Below are positions 33,244-41,933 of a stretch of 64,000 nucleotides of DNA, piece by piece; position 1 is the stretch's first letter, and every line of letters begins with the position of its first letter. Source of the stretch: a virus (taxonomy: Duplodnaviria > Caudoviricetes). Where the stretch lies: positions 1,474 through 65,473 of the IMG/VR virus record IMGVR_UViG_3300037458_000547. The stretch is one strand, 5' to 3'. The translations under genes were made by a program, and so were the position numbers. The notes beneath the pieces are model-generated. The model was given only the letters and a program-made list of their open reading frames with translations, did not search any database and was not told the origin of the DNA.

Positions 33244-33895
33244 CTACACCGTGACTTGCGCACGATGCGGGCATGACTTGCCCGTGTCTAAGGCGGCAGC
33301 CGAGGAAGGCGACGAGTGGGAATGCCTGCCGTGCAACAAGATGCACCACGAACTCGACCGCCTGCTCCGCGAACTGGCCGAGGAGCGGACCATGATACTC
33401 AACTACCAGCTTGAGGGTCGCGACGGGAGCGGGATCGACCGCCTAAGCCGCGAGAACACCAGCCTGCGCGAGCAGCTGGCTGCCGCCCAGTCGAAAGAGG
33501 TCTGCACGGTCGCGCACACCGAGGAGTCGCTCGAGTTCTGCCAGGCGTGCAAGATCGAGCAATTGCGCAAAGAGGCCGACGAGGACGCCCTGTTGCGCCA
33601 GCGCATGAGGCGCATCCTGCGGCGGACCGCCGACGCGCTGCACGGCGGCTCCCTGGAGGACGGGTACTGGTCGTGGCACGACCTGCCGGAGATTGCAGAG
33701 CGCCTGCGCCGCGAAGGGAATGAGGCCGCCGAGCGCGAGGCGCTGCTGAAGACCCGGTTGGCAGACGCCCAGGAGAAGATGGCCCGCGTCCTGCGCGACG
33801 GCATCCAGAAGGCCCCCTGCCCGACCCCGAAGCAGTGGAAGCAGATGCAGGACTTCGCGACCGGCTGGCTGGCCGTCGTCGAGAGCGAGCGATGA
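33236..33895 (+). CDS. Zn-finger plus coiled-coil protein
   Basis: CARC...CLPC, CQAC; GTG after GGAGGT. Confidence 0.6.
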   Translation: MDDYTVTCARCGHDLPVSKAAAEEGDEWECLPCNKMHHELDRLLRELAEERTMILNYQLEGRDGSGIDRLSRENTSLREQLAAAQSKEVCTVAHTEESLEFCQACKIEQLRKEADEDALLRQRMRRILRRTADALHGGSLEDGYWSWHDLPEIAERLRREGNEAAEREALLKTRLADAQEKMARVLRDGIQKAPCPTPKQWKQMQDFATGWLAVVESER

Positions 33896-34245
33896 GCGAC
33901 GCGATCGACCGCGCCGCGGCCGCCCTCGGGGCGAGGGTCCACCAGCGCCAGCTCGAGGTCGAGAGCGCCCTGGCGAGGCACTGTCCGGAGTTCCCTCTCG
34001 CCCTGCTGCGCCAGGCGTTCGGGGCCCGCCTGGAGTCGGTGCGGACGCCGGACATCGACTACGGGCCCGATCCGCCGGCGGCAGTGCCCCTGTCGGAGCC
34101 CTGGGTGCGCCCCAAGCCGCCGAAGGGCGACTACCCGGTGGTGGTGGCGCAGATGAGCCCGGAAAAACGCAGATTCCTGCGCCGCAAACGGTTGCCGCGT
34201 GTACGCAGAGCGGGTATGATGAGAGACTATGGACACCACGAATAA
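33892..34245 (+). CDS. Hypothetical protein
   Basis: ATGA coupling; the 3' end overlaps the HTH promoter. Confidence 0.5.
   Translation: MSDAIDRAAAALGARVHQRQLEVESALARHCPEFPLALLRQAFGARLESVRTPDIDYGPDPPAAVPLSEPWVRPKPPKGDYPVVVAQMSPEKRRFLRRKRLPRVRRAGMMRDYGHHE
34192..34220 (+). promoter_or_regulatory. Promoter of the HTH gene with a degenerate operator
   Basis: TTGCCG-17-TATGAT; right half-site GCGGGTA at 34210-34216. Confidence 0.65.
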
Positions 34246-34477
34246 AAGGATCATGGAGATCCGCAACGAGATCGGCCTGACGCGCTCCGAGTTGTCGATC
34301 ATCACCGGCTACTCGCGCTCCTACGTCGACAACTGGCTGACCAGCCCGAAGTCGGCCAACTACCGCGAGGCCCCGGAGAACGCGGTACGGCTGCTGGAGC
34401 TGGAGACCGGCATCGTCAAGCCGCGCTTTGTCGGCCGCCGGCTCAAGACCCTGCAGGTCCTGAGGGACATCGCGTGA
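34229..34477 (+). CDS. XRE/Cro-type HTH transcriptional regulator
   Basis: IRNEIGLTRSELSIITGYSRSYVDNWL; the only clear stand-alone HTH gene in the window. Confidence 0.8.
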   Translation: MDTTNKRIMEIRNEIGLTRSELSIITGYSRSYVDNWLTSPKSANYREAPENAVRLLELETGIVKPRFVGRRLKTLQVLRDIA

Positions 34478-34626
34478 AGGGGCGTCGCGTGATGGAGAAG
34501 AACCGCAGCCACACCAAGAAAGGCCCGGGGCGCATGCCGTTCCATCGGGCGCCCCGGGCCAGCGATGCCGAGCGCCGCTCGCGCAGCCATTTGCCCGGAC
34601 AACCCAACTTCAAGAGGGAGAGCTGA
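34474..34626 (+). CDS. Small basic protein
   Basis: GTGA and TGATG coupling on both sides. Confidence 0.4.
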   Translation: MKGRRVMEKNRSHTKKGPGRMPFHRAPRASDAERRSRSHLPGQPNFKRES

Positions 34627-34769
34627 TGCCCAGCAAGACCAAGAAGCAGGCGAGGTTCATGGCCGCCTGCGCCCACGGGGCGGGCTACAAGACCTGCCCG
34701 CCTGAGAAGGTGGCGCGGGAGTTCAACCAGGCTGACAAGAAGGCCGGGACGCTGAGGAAGAAGAAGTGA
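34626..34769 (+). CDS. Small basic phage protein (MPSKTKKQARFMAACAHG...)
   Basis: SD GAGGGAG; MPSK.KKQ.RFMAA pattern seen in small phage proteins. Confidence 0.65.
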   Translation: MPSKTKKQARFMAACAHGAGYKTCPPEKVAREFNQADKKAGTLRKKK

Positions 34770-35185
34770 AGTCGCTGAACAAGATTCAGCTGATCGGCAA
34801 CGTCGGGAAGGACCCCGAGCTGCGACACACCGGCTCGGGCGTGGCCGTCGCCGAGTTCTCGCTGGCCACCGGCGAGCGGTGGAAGGACAAGCAGACCGGT
34901 GAGGTCAAGGAGCGGACCGAGTGGCACACCATCGTCGCCTGGGACAAGCTCGCCGAGAACGTGAACGTCTATGTCGCCAAGGGCATGCGGATCTACGTCG
35001 AGGGGGCGCTGCGCACCGAGAAGTACGAGAAGGACGGGCAGGCCCACTACCGCACCAAGGTCCAGGCGAAGGACGTGATCTTCCTCGGCTCGACGGGTGA
35101 AAAGACCGACACGGCCAAGCCCGCAGAGAAGCCCGCCGCGAAGCCCGCTCCGGCCGACAACTTCGACGACGACATCCCGTTCTGA
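34766..35185 (+). CDS. ssb: Single-stranded DNA-binding protein
   Basis: LNKIQLIGNVGKDPELR...TEWHTIV...YVEGALRT; C-terminal DDDIPF. Confidence 0.97.
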   Translation: MKSLNKIQLIGNVGKDPELRHTGSGVAVAEFSLATGERWKDKQTGEVKERTEWHTIVAWDKLAENVNVYVAKGMRIYVEGALRTEKYEKDGQAHYRTKVQAKDVIFLGSTGEKTDTAKPAEKPAAKPAPADNFDDDIPF

Positions 35186-35186
35186 C

Positions 35187-35480
35187 ATGAAAGACATCGA
35201 CCGCGAAGAAGGCGTCGTCCGGCTCGACGGGCTGGACGACGCGATCATCGGGCTCGCGTTCCGGCACGTCTCGGTGCCCTCGCCTGTGCTGTGCTACGAC
35301 CAGTCGAAGATCGTCGAGATCCTCATGGTCAGGGACGGCATGACCTTCGAGGAGGCGCAGGAGTTTTTCGAGTTCAACATCGCCTGCCTGTGGGCAGGAG
35401 ATGGCACGCCCATCTTCCTCGAGCCCGCCTCGCTCGATGAGATCGCCGAACACCTTGAGTTCGACAAGGCGAGCGAGTAA
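35187..35480 (+). CDS. Conserved hypothetical phage protein
   Basis: DGLDDAIIG...YD..KI...GMT.EEA.EFFEFNI...GTPIF. Confidence 0.75.
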   Translation: MKDIDREEGVVRLDGLDDAIIGLAFRHVSVPSPVLCYDQSKIVEILMVRDGMTFEEAQEFFEFNIACLWAGDGTPIFLEPASLDEIAEHLEFDKASE

Positions 35481-35489
35481 AAAGGGGCC

Positions 35490-35681
35490 ATGTGGCCCCT
35501 GCTGTTCTGGCCGGACTCGTTCTCAGCCTTCTGGGACGTGACCGGCTCGGATACAGCGGACACCACGACGATCGGGTTCGAGATCTCTCTGGTCGTCAGC
35601 GCGGCAGCGACCTTCCTGAAAGGCATGCCGCTGTGGCTCTGGACGAACCAGGAAAACGACTTCGTGAGGCTCAGTGAATGA
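35490..35681 (+). CDS. Small Trp-rich putative virion peptide
   Basis: LFWPDSFSAFWDV resembles motifs in 42745-43833. Confidence 0.5.
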   Translation: MWPLLFWPDSFSAFWDVTGSDTADTTTIGFEISLVVSAAATFLKGMPLWLWTNQENDFVRLSE

Positions 35682-35863
35682 AGATCGCAGGCATGGTGAC
35701 TCCCCCTGCAGACATGGTGGCCGCGGCGCGACGTGACCTGTCGGCCGACGGTTTCGCACAACTGATGCAGCTCACGGGCGGGAATCCTCCAACCCCCGCG
35801 CAACTCGTGACTGCGGTGGAGGAGGAGCGCAATGGCAATCGGTCTGGCAGTCACCCTTCGTAA
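35678..35863 (+). CDS. Hypothetical protein
   Basis: ATGA coupling. Confidence 0.45.
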   Translation: MKIAGMVTPPADMVAAARRDLSADGFAQLMQLTGGNPPTPAQLVTAVEEERNGNRSGSHPS

Positions 35864-36236
35864 TTCCCGTCTCGACGCGATCACCACCCGGGCGGGCGCC
35901 TCGGCCCTCCTCAGAATCTACTCAGGCACGCGCCCGGCGACGGGCGGCGCGGAGACCACGCTCCTCGCGCAGCTGACCTGCAACTCGACGTTCGCCCCGG
36001 CCGCCGTCAACGGCGTGCTGACGCTGAACTCGATCGCCACCCAGACCTCCGCGGCCGGAACGGGAACCGCCTCCTGGTTCCGCATCTACCGCTCCGATGG
36101 CACCACGCACGTCCTCGACGGCTCGGTGTCCACCATCGCGGTCGGCACGGGGGACCTGCAGCTCGACGATACGGCGATCGTCGCCGGCGGCACGGTCGCC
36201 ATCTCGAGCGCGTCGTTCACCGAGGGCAACGCCTAG
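35832..36236 (+). CDS. Putative virion structural protein, paralog B
   Basis: SD GGAGGAG; RNSRLDAI...FRIY.SDGTT...VGTGD...TEGNA. Confidence 0.75.
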   Translation: MAIGLAVTLRNSRLDAITTRAGASALLRIYSGTRPATGGAETTLLAQLTCNSTFAPAAVNGVLTLNSIATQTSAAGTGTASWFRIYRSDGTTHVLDGSVSTIAVGTGDLQLDDTAIVAGGTVAISSASFTEGNA

Positions 36237-36251
36237 CCCTGAGGAGAGCCC

Positions 36252-36656
36252 ATGGCCCGGAAAGGGACTCCGAAGGGCGGCCTGGACGAAATCACCGAAC
36301 GCGCCTACGTCAATGGCGCGGATTTCACCCTCGTCGCCTACACCAACACGCCCGACTCGCTCGGGGATGACACGGTGGTCGCCGACCTCGTGCAGCCCGC
36401 CCAGAACAACGGCTACGCGCCGATCCTGCTGGACGGCGTCTGGGCGACTGCGGACGGCATCGTGACCTACGATCACGGCACGCCCGACTTCCCGACCTGG
36501 ACAGCCTCAGGCGCCTGGTCGGCCCCGGTAACGGGGGTGGCCGTGATCTTCGGGACGAGAGTCATCCACTTCGTCGACTACAACGACAGCGGCGGTTCCT
36601 GGGTGGCGTCCAACGGCCGCAAGCTCGCGGTGGATATCACCAACATGCTCGGGTAG
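36252..36656 (+). CDS. Putative virion structural beta-protein
   Basis: SD GAGGAG; Gly/Thr/Asp-rich; lies within the fibre module. Confidence 0.65.
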   Translation: MARKGTPKGGLDEITERAYVNGADFTLVAYTNTPDSLGDDTVVADLVQPAQNNGYAPILLDGVWATADGIVTYDHGTPDFPTWTASGAWSAPVTGVAVIFGTRVIHFVDYNDSGGSWVASNGRKLAVDITNMLG

Positions 36657-36659
36657 CCC

Positions 36660-39600
36660 GTGGCCATCCGCTTCAGAAACCGCAAGGGCAGCTTCGGGCA
36701 GACCTCCTCGGCACTGAGCGGCGTGACCGCAGCGGTCCTCGGCGCATACACGCCGGCCTCCCAGAGGATCGGCCAGCTGGCGGCGGCGATCGGCCAGCTC
36801 GCGGCCTCAATGCGCGGCCGCTACGTCGTCAACAGCGAATACTCCGGGTCGCTGTCGGCATCGCTCAGCGGCGCCGCGGCCGCGATGAGGGGCGTCTTTC
36901 AGTCATCCGGGAATCCGCCGCTATGGACTGACAACCTGGGAGATTTCTTCTCGGTCGAGCCGAACACGGCGTTTTCGTACACGTTCACCGCGTCGGACGC
37001 CGATAGCGATCCAATCGTGTTCTCGTATGCAGTGCCTCCGGCGGGCATCGTGATCACAGAGCATCCTCAGGTCGGCAACTCCAGGAGCGTGACCGTCTCG
37101 AGCGCCGGGCTGCCGGTGCCAAGCCCCCCCGCCATTCCGGATAGCTACGAGGTGGCGATCGACTCCCTGGATATCACCACCGACGACATTGCCCAGGTCA
37201 CCGTGGTCGCCAGCGAGGCAGCTGCGTGGACCATTGGCCACGCATTTGCAGAAAACGACGCTCCCCATTACGTCACCGCCAATGCCGACGCGGTGCAGGT
37301 CGACGTACTGAACCGGTGGCCAAACAACAGCGTCAAGTTCGCCCTCATCAGCGCCATCTCTCCGCCCGGGACGATCACGATCCAGGCGGCATCGGCTGCG
37401 CCAACCGGGCCGCTTGTCGCCGAAATCGAGGCCGGCGACGTAGGCGAGACGGGCGTGACCATTGACGGCGAGTTCGTGTCGCTGGGTGCCGCAATAGCGG
37501 GGGCCAGTCTGATCGGCTATGCCGGGCCCCCTGGAGTACGCCCGCCGCAGCCCGGGAAGTTCCGTGACCGGATCTCCGGTCATGTGATGCGCGAGTCGCA
37601 TTACTACGCGCCGGTGACGAGCAAGACCGGGCTCGCGGTCATCTGGTACGTCCGCAAGTACGCCAACGGCCAGGTCGAGGTCGACACCGCCGTCGAGAAC
37701 GGCTGGTTCGGGTTCGCGGCCCAGAATCAGACCTATACGGCTTCGGTCACGGTCAACGGCACGGTTCGGGCGTGGCACGATGGCGTGCTGTCGCGCAGCA
37801 TCGTCCACACGGCGCACTCACGATGGTCAAGGGTGGACTGGGCCGGGTCGCAAACAACCGCCGAGGTGCTGCACGACACGCAGTACCTCATGTCAACGCG
37901 CCTGACCCCGAACTACGGCTGGGAGGTCCCGACGAGCGAGGCGGCCTTCACCGCGGACAACCACGGGCGCACCATTGGCTCGGTGACGGCTGACGAGGCG
38001 AATGCGCCGACACCGATGGACCGCACTTTCTGGCGGCCCGCGCAGGCGGCCGGCGGAGAGAACATCTGCGACCAGATCGGGTTGCTGCCGTCGTGGGAGG
38101 GCGTCTATCTTCGGACGGGCGACCCCCGCGCCCGTCATGCCGTGCTTCTCGGCGGGCGCACATGGCAGCAGTGGATCCAGACGTGGCGGCGCGATGAGCG
38201 GACGCTGGCCCTGCCGAGATTTGATGACGTGTCCAGATTCGAGCGGCTCACGACAAACGAGGAGCGCGAGCATCAGCCGTCCACGGGGTATCTCTCGTAC
38301 CTGCTGACCGGGCGATGCTATTTCCTGGAAACGCAGCAGAACATGGCGGAGTTCAATTTCTTCACCGCGCCGCCCCTTAACCCCTGGCCGGAAAACGAGA
38401 GCGGCGGAAGGGGCGTGGGGCCGAGGCGCGGGATCGTCTCGTCGAACGTCTATTCGACCCGTGGCGTGGCGTGGCCGCTGCGCAACTTCGCCAATGCCTT
38501 GTGCATCACTCCAGATGCCGACCCTTTGCGCGAGGACCTGGCGCTTGGGTGGGTCAACACGATGGACTACTACTGGGGCCTGCAGCGGGACAACACCGCC
38601 ATGAAGAACGACCTCGGGGTGGTTTGGACAACCAGCTGCGACACCTTCTACAGCGACGGGACCAACATCGACGCAGACCCGACGACGATCGTCTTCCCCT
38701 CCGGCGGGGCGCCGATGTACGCGGTCCTGTATGACGACACCCCCGCCGGCAAGAACCTGCTCGGGTATGTGATCCTGAGTGGAGCGGAAGTCGGCGTTGG
38801 CGGGTCCATCCAGATCGACCTGAACTCGACCACCTCAACGACGTGGAAACGCTATCTGGCGTTCGAGCCCCGTGTCGTAGACGGGACGATCAACATCCAC
38901 TCCGACACGTTCAAATACTGCGTCGTCACCTCGAGCTATGTCCCATCCACAAGCCACGCGACCCTGGCGGACGTTAGTGCGTATCGAGTCGCCGGGACAG
39001 CGGACACGACGCTGGCCAACTTCGGGTACGACCCCCTCAATGGCGCTGCATGCGGGTTCGGGTATCTGACGACGCTCGACCCGGCCACCCAGCAGGAGGG
39101 AGACCCGGTGCCCGGCAGGCCGCTCGTGAACCTCGTGAGAATCGGCGCGTGGCAACACTCGTTCATGTCGGCGACGCTCGGCCTTGCGCGGGGATACAAG
39201 CTGGTGATCGGGCAGGCGCAGAGCGATCTCGAGGAGCTGCACGCCTTCAGCGTCCAGTTTCCAATCGGGCGAATGGGGTTCACCTACGACAACAGCGGAT
39301 TCTCGTGGCTCCGGTGCGGGACGTACTACGAGCCCGTCGGTATCTCGTCGATTCCATATCCGTCGCAGAGCCTCCTCAACCCTCCGGCGAGCTTCTTCCC
39401 GTCGTGGCGAGCCTGCTACGAGTTCAACCGGGACTACTGGGGTGCGCTGGACATTGATGACAGCGACACGACCCAGCCGATCTTCTGCAGCTGGGGGAAT
39501 TCGGTCGGCGCATCGCTGCCCGGGTTTGATCCAAGCCCGACGCCAGAGACGATCGACACGTCGAACAACATCACCTCCCTCCCGAGGCTCGTCCCGACGC

Positions 39601-39758
39601 GCTCGATGGTGATGTCGCTGGCACTGGGCGCAGACTACAGCGTGCCAGGGGCGCGTGAGGCTTATGACAAGCTCATGAACTCAGGCGTTTACAGCGACGA
39701 CGCGACAGCCCGGCAGAATCTCGCGAATGCCCCGCGCTACATGGTGACCCCGCGATGA
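36660..39758 (+). CDS. Large fibre-attached glycan lyase/depolymerase-like protein
   Basis: N-terminal L.G..AA anchor repeats; Ig-like segment; VLNRWPNNSVKFA and DQIGLLPSWE...RGVAWPLR segments reminiscent of alpha/alpha-barrel lyases. Enzyme call is tentative. Confidence 0.5.
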   Translation: MAIRFRNRKGSFGQTSSALSGVTAAVLGAYTPASQRIGQLAAAIGQLAASMRGRYVVNSEYSGSLSASLSGAAAAMRGVFQSSGNPPLWTDNLGDFFSVEPNTAFSYTFTASDADSDPIVFSYAVPPAGIVITEHPQVGNSRSVTVSSAGLPVPSPPAIPDSYEVAIDSLDITTDDIAQVTVVASEAAAWTIGHAFAENDAPHYVTANADAVQVDVLNRWPNNSVKFALISAISPPGTITIQAASAAPTGPLVAEIEAGDVGETGVTIDGEFVSLGAAIAGASLIGYAGPPGVRPPQPGKFRDRISGHVMRESHYYAPVTSKTGLAVIWYVRKYANGQVEVDTAVENGWFGFAAQNQTYTASVTVNGTVRAWHDGVLSRSIVHTAHSRWSRVDWAGSQTTAEVLHDTQYLMSTRLTPNYGWEVPTSEAAFTADNHGRTIGSVTADEANAPTPMDRTFWRPAQAAGGENICDQIGLLPSWEGVYLRTGDPRARHAVLLGGRTWQQWIQTWRRDERTLALPRFDDVSRFERLTTNEEREHQPSTGYLSYLLTGRCYFLETQQNMAEFNFFTAPPLNPWPENESGGRGVGPRRGIVSSNVYSTRGVAWPLRNFANALCITPDADPLREDLALGWVNTMDYYWGLQRDNTAMKNDLGVVWTTSCDTFYSDGTNIDADPTTIVFPSGGAPMYAVLYDDTPAGKNLLGYVILSGAEVGVGGSIQIDLNSTTSTTWKRYLAFEPRVVDGTINIHSDTFKYCVVTSSYVPSTSHATLADVSAYRVAGTADTTLANFGYDPLNGAACGFGYLTTLDPATQQEGDPVPGRPLVNLVRIGAWQHSFMSATLGLARGYKLVIGQAQSDLEELHAFSVQFPIGRMGFTYDNSGFSWLRCGTYYEPVGISSIPYPSQSLLNPPASFFPSWRACYEFNRDYWGALDIDDSDTTQPIFCSWGNSVGASLPGFDPSPTPETIDTSNNITSLPRLVPTRSMVMSLALGADYSVPGAREAYDKLMNSGVYSDDATARQNLANAPRYMVTPR

Positions 39759-41185
39759 GCCTAAGGACGCTTCGGTTTTCGGTGAGGGCAGCCAGCCCTA
39801 TCGCGAATACGGTCATTGGCCAGATTGCGGCGGCCATGCCTCCCGGGACGTACTCGTACCAGCTGGCCGATCCTGCATGGCGCTGGCTCGCCGAGACGCA
39901 TCCGGCCCGGCCCGCCGGTAACCAGACCTTCAATGACCCCGTGGATCATTGGGGGCTCGAGACGACCGCTGTGATTCGGGATGCAGACCCGCTTAACGCG
40001 AGGCGGTGGCACGAGAGCTACAACAACCTGCCGGCCAACAGCCGGCAGCTGCTCTGCGGGCTTGGCGGCCCATCGCAGAGCTACTGGGACTCCACTGCCC
40101 ACGAGTGGCTGCATATCGCCGGGACGACGGGATCCGCCGATACCACGCATGGCCTGATGAGGTACAGGGCCGAAACGGACACCTTCAGCAAATACTCCGG
40201 GAGAGGGTATCTCCCAGAGGGAGGGCTCGACCGGACGTATTGCCTGTGGCCAGGGCGCGGAGGGGCCCACAACTTCTCCGGCTGCTCCTTCGATCCCGTG
40301 CGGAGAAGGCTCTACAGGGTACTGGGCCAGCACAATGTCGGAATCGGGTCGCCGGTACAGGTCTGTTATGCGGACCTGGCCGGCATGAACACCGACCCCA
40401 ACAATCGCGGGTGGCTCGGCACGCTCGGCCCAGAGATCCCATCTAACCTGTCGTGGCCGCAATCGCGGTTCGCCCCGGATCGTGGGCCGATGGGGCAGAT
40501 CTTCTGCCTGTTCACGTCAAGCGGCATGACGACGCCGAAGGTGTTTGACGTTGCGACCCAGTCATGGAGTTCTGTCGGGTGGAGTTCGACATTCCCGTCG
40601 CCGCCCGCCGGCAACGACCCGGTTAACGACACCACGCCATTTGTCCCTCGATTCCCGGCGACGATCTACTACGAGGGATACGACTACATCGCCACCCTGG
40701 TTGATGGGGAAAATCAGACCTGGCGCGTTCCGCTGCCGGCAAACCCGTCCGCGACAGATGGCAGCGACATCCCGCCCCCTGAGAAGAACCTGGCGCCGTG
40801 CCCGGTGGCGATGGACGCGAGCGGGTATGCGACAGGCACGCACACGAACCTTACCGCCATGAACGGCAAAATCTACGCCTTTCACAACGACCAAGAATGG
40901 GACCTCGAGAATCCGGTGCGTGACGGAGGGGTCTTTGCGTACACGGTCCCGACGGCTCCCGGCGATCCCGGCAGCTGGGCGCGGGTCGGCGACATCTGGG
41001 ACGAGTCACTGAGGGCGCTGCTGGAGACGCAGGGGACCTCTCTGCTCGACCCGGCCCCGATGGACAGGGCCAGCTACCAATGCACGGCGGCCGCAATTCC
41101 CGAGCTGGGCGTGGTCTTGATCATCTGGCAGCCCTACAGTGTTCACGCAGTCGGCTTTCTGTGGAAGCCGCCGGTCGGAGGTTGA
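39755..41185 (+). CDS. Beta-propeller-like putative receptor-binding protein
   Basis: Repeated (Y/F)D...W strands; visibly more A/T-ending codons. Confidence 0.5.
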   Translation: MSLRTLRFSVRAASPIANTVIGQIAAAMPPGTYSYQLADPAWRWLAETHPARPAGNQTFNDPVDHWGLETTAVIRDADPLNARRWHESYNNLPANSRQLLCGLGGPSQSYWDSTAHEWLHIAGTTGSADTTHGLMRYRAETDTFSKYSGRGYLPEGGLDRTYCLWPGRGGAHNFSGCSFDPVRRRLYRVLGQHNVGIGSPVQVCYADLAGMNTDPNNRGWLGTLGPEIPSNLSWPQSRFAPDRGPMGQIFCLFTSSGMTTPKVFDVATQSWSSVGWSSTFPSPPAGNDPVNDTTPFVPRFPATIYYEGYDYIATLVDGENQTWRVPLPANPSATDGSDIPPPEKNLAPCPVAMDASGYATGTHTNLTAMNGKIYAFHNDQEWDLENPVRDGGVFAYTVPTAPGDPGSWARVGDIWDESLRALLETQGTSLLDPAPMDRASYQCTAAAIPELGVVLIIWQPYSVHAVGFLWKPPVGG

Positions 41186-41929
41186 ATGACCTACCCAGCT
41201 TTTTCGCTGACCGAGAATGTCGGTTGGAGATTCACCGAAGGGGCGTCCGGCCTAAGCCATTCATTCCCGGTGCCGAACACGTCGGCTACGGCCGGGTCAC
41301 TGCTGCTGGCGGTGATCGGGGCGGGTACAGAGCGGGAGTTCACGGGCTGGACCTCAGGCTGGGAGATTCTTTACAGCGAGGCCGCTGCATCATTGGCGGG
41401 CAACACGATCTTGCTGGCGAAAAAGGCCGTCGGCGGAGAAACGGAGCTGAGCGTTACGAGCAGTGGCAACACAAAGGCGAATGCGATCATCTTCGAGATT
41501 ACCGGGTGGCAGGGTGACGACTCGGCCAGCTTCGCCAACAGCCTCATCTGGGGCGTGGCGGAACATCCAATCTCGACGACGGTCCCAAACCCTCCGTCGA
41601 TCGACACGACGGCCGTGCGGGACTACCTGTGCTTGGCGGTCGTCGCGGTGCCTGGCCCCAACACGGGCACTATCGTTGCCGACGGCAACTTTACCGAGGT
41701 CAAGACGCACCTGGATGCCACCAGCGCCGGCGCAAGCCTGTCGGCGTGGTATCGTCAATTCGCTGGAGGCGCCGCGCTTGATCCTGTGGCATTCAGCGGC
41801 TTCGTCACAGCGAGAGACGCGGTGGCGTTCACGATCGCGGTGCTGCCGGAGGTGTCGTCTGGACGGGCCCCATACCTCGGCGGCCTGAGCGGCGGTATGA
41901 TCGAAATGAACGGAAACCTCGGAGGATAG
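41186..41929 (+). CDS. Putative fibre-module beta-protein
   Basis: Two Thr/Ala/Gly-rich strand repeats; atypical codon usage. Confidence 0.6.
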   Translation: MTYPAFSLTENVGWRFTEGASGLSHSFPVPNTSATAGSLLLAVIGAGTEREFTGWTSGWEILYSEAAASLAGNTILLAKKAVGGETELSVTSSGNTKANAIIFEITGWQGDDSASFANSLIWGVAEHPISTTVPNPPSIDTTAVRDYLCLAVVAVPGPNTGTIVADGNFTEVKTHLDATSAGASLSAWYRQFAGGAALDPVAFSGFVTARDAVAFTIAVLPEVSSGRAPYLGGLSGGMIEMNGNLGG

Positions 41930-41933
41930 GGCC

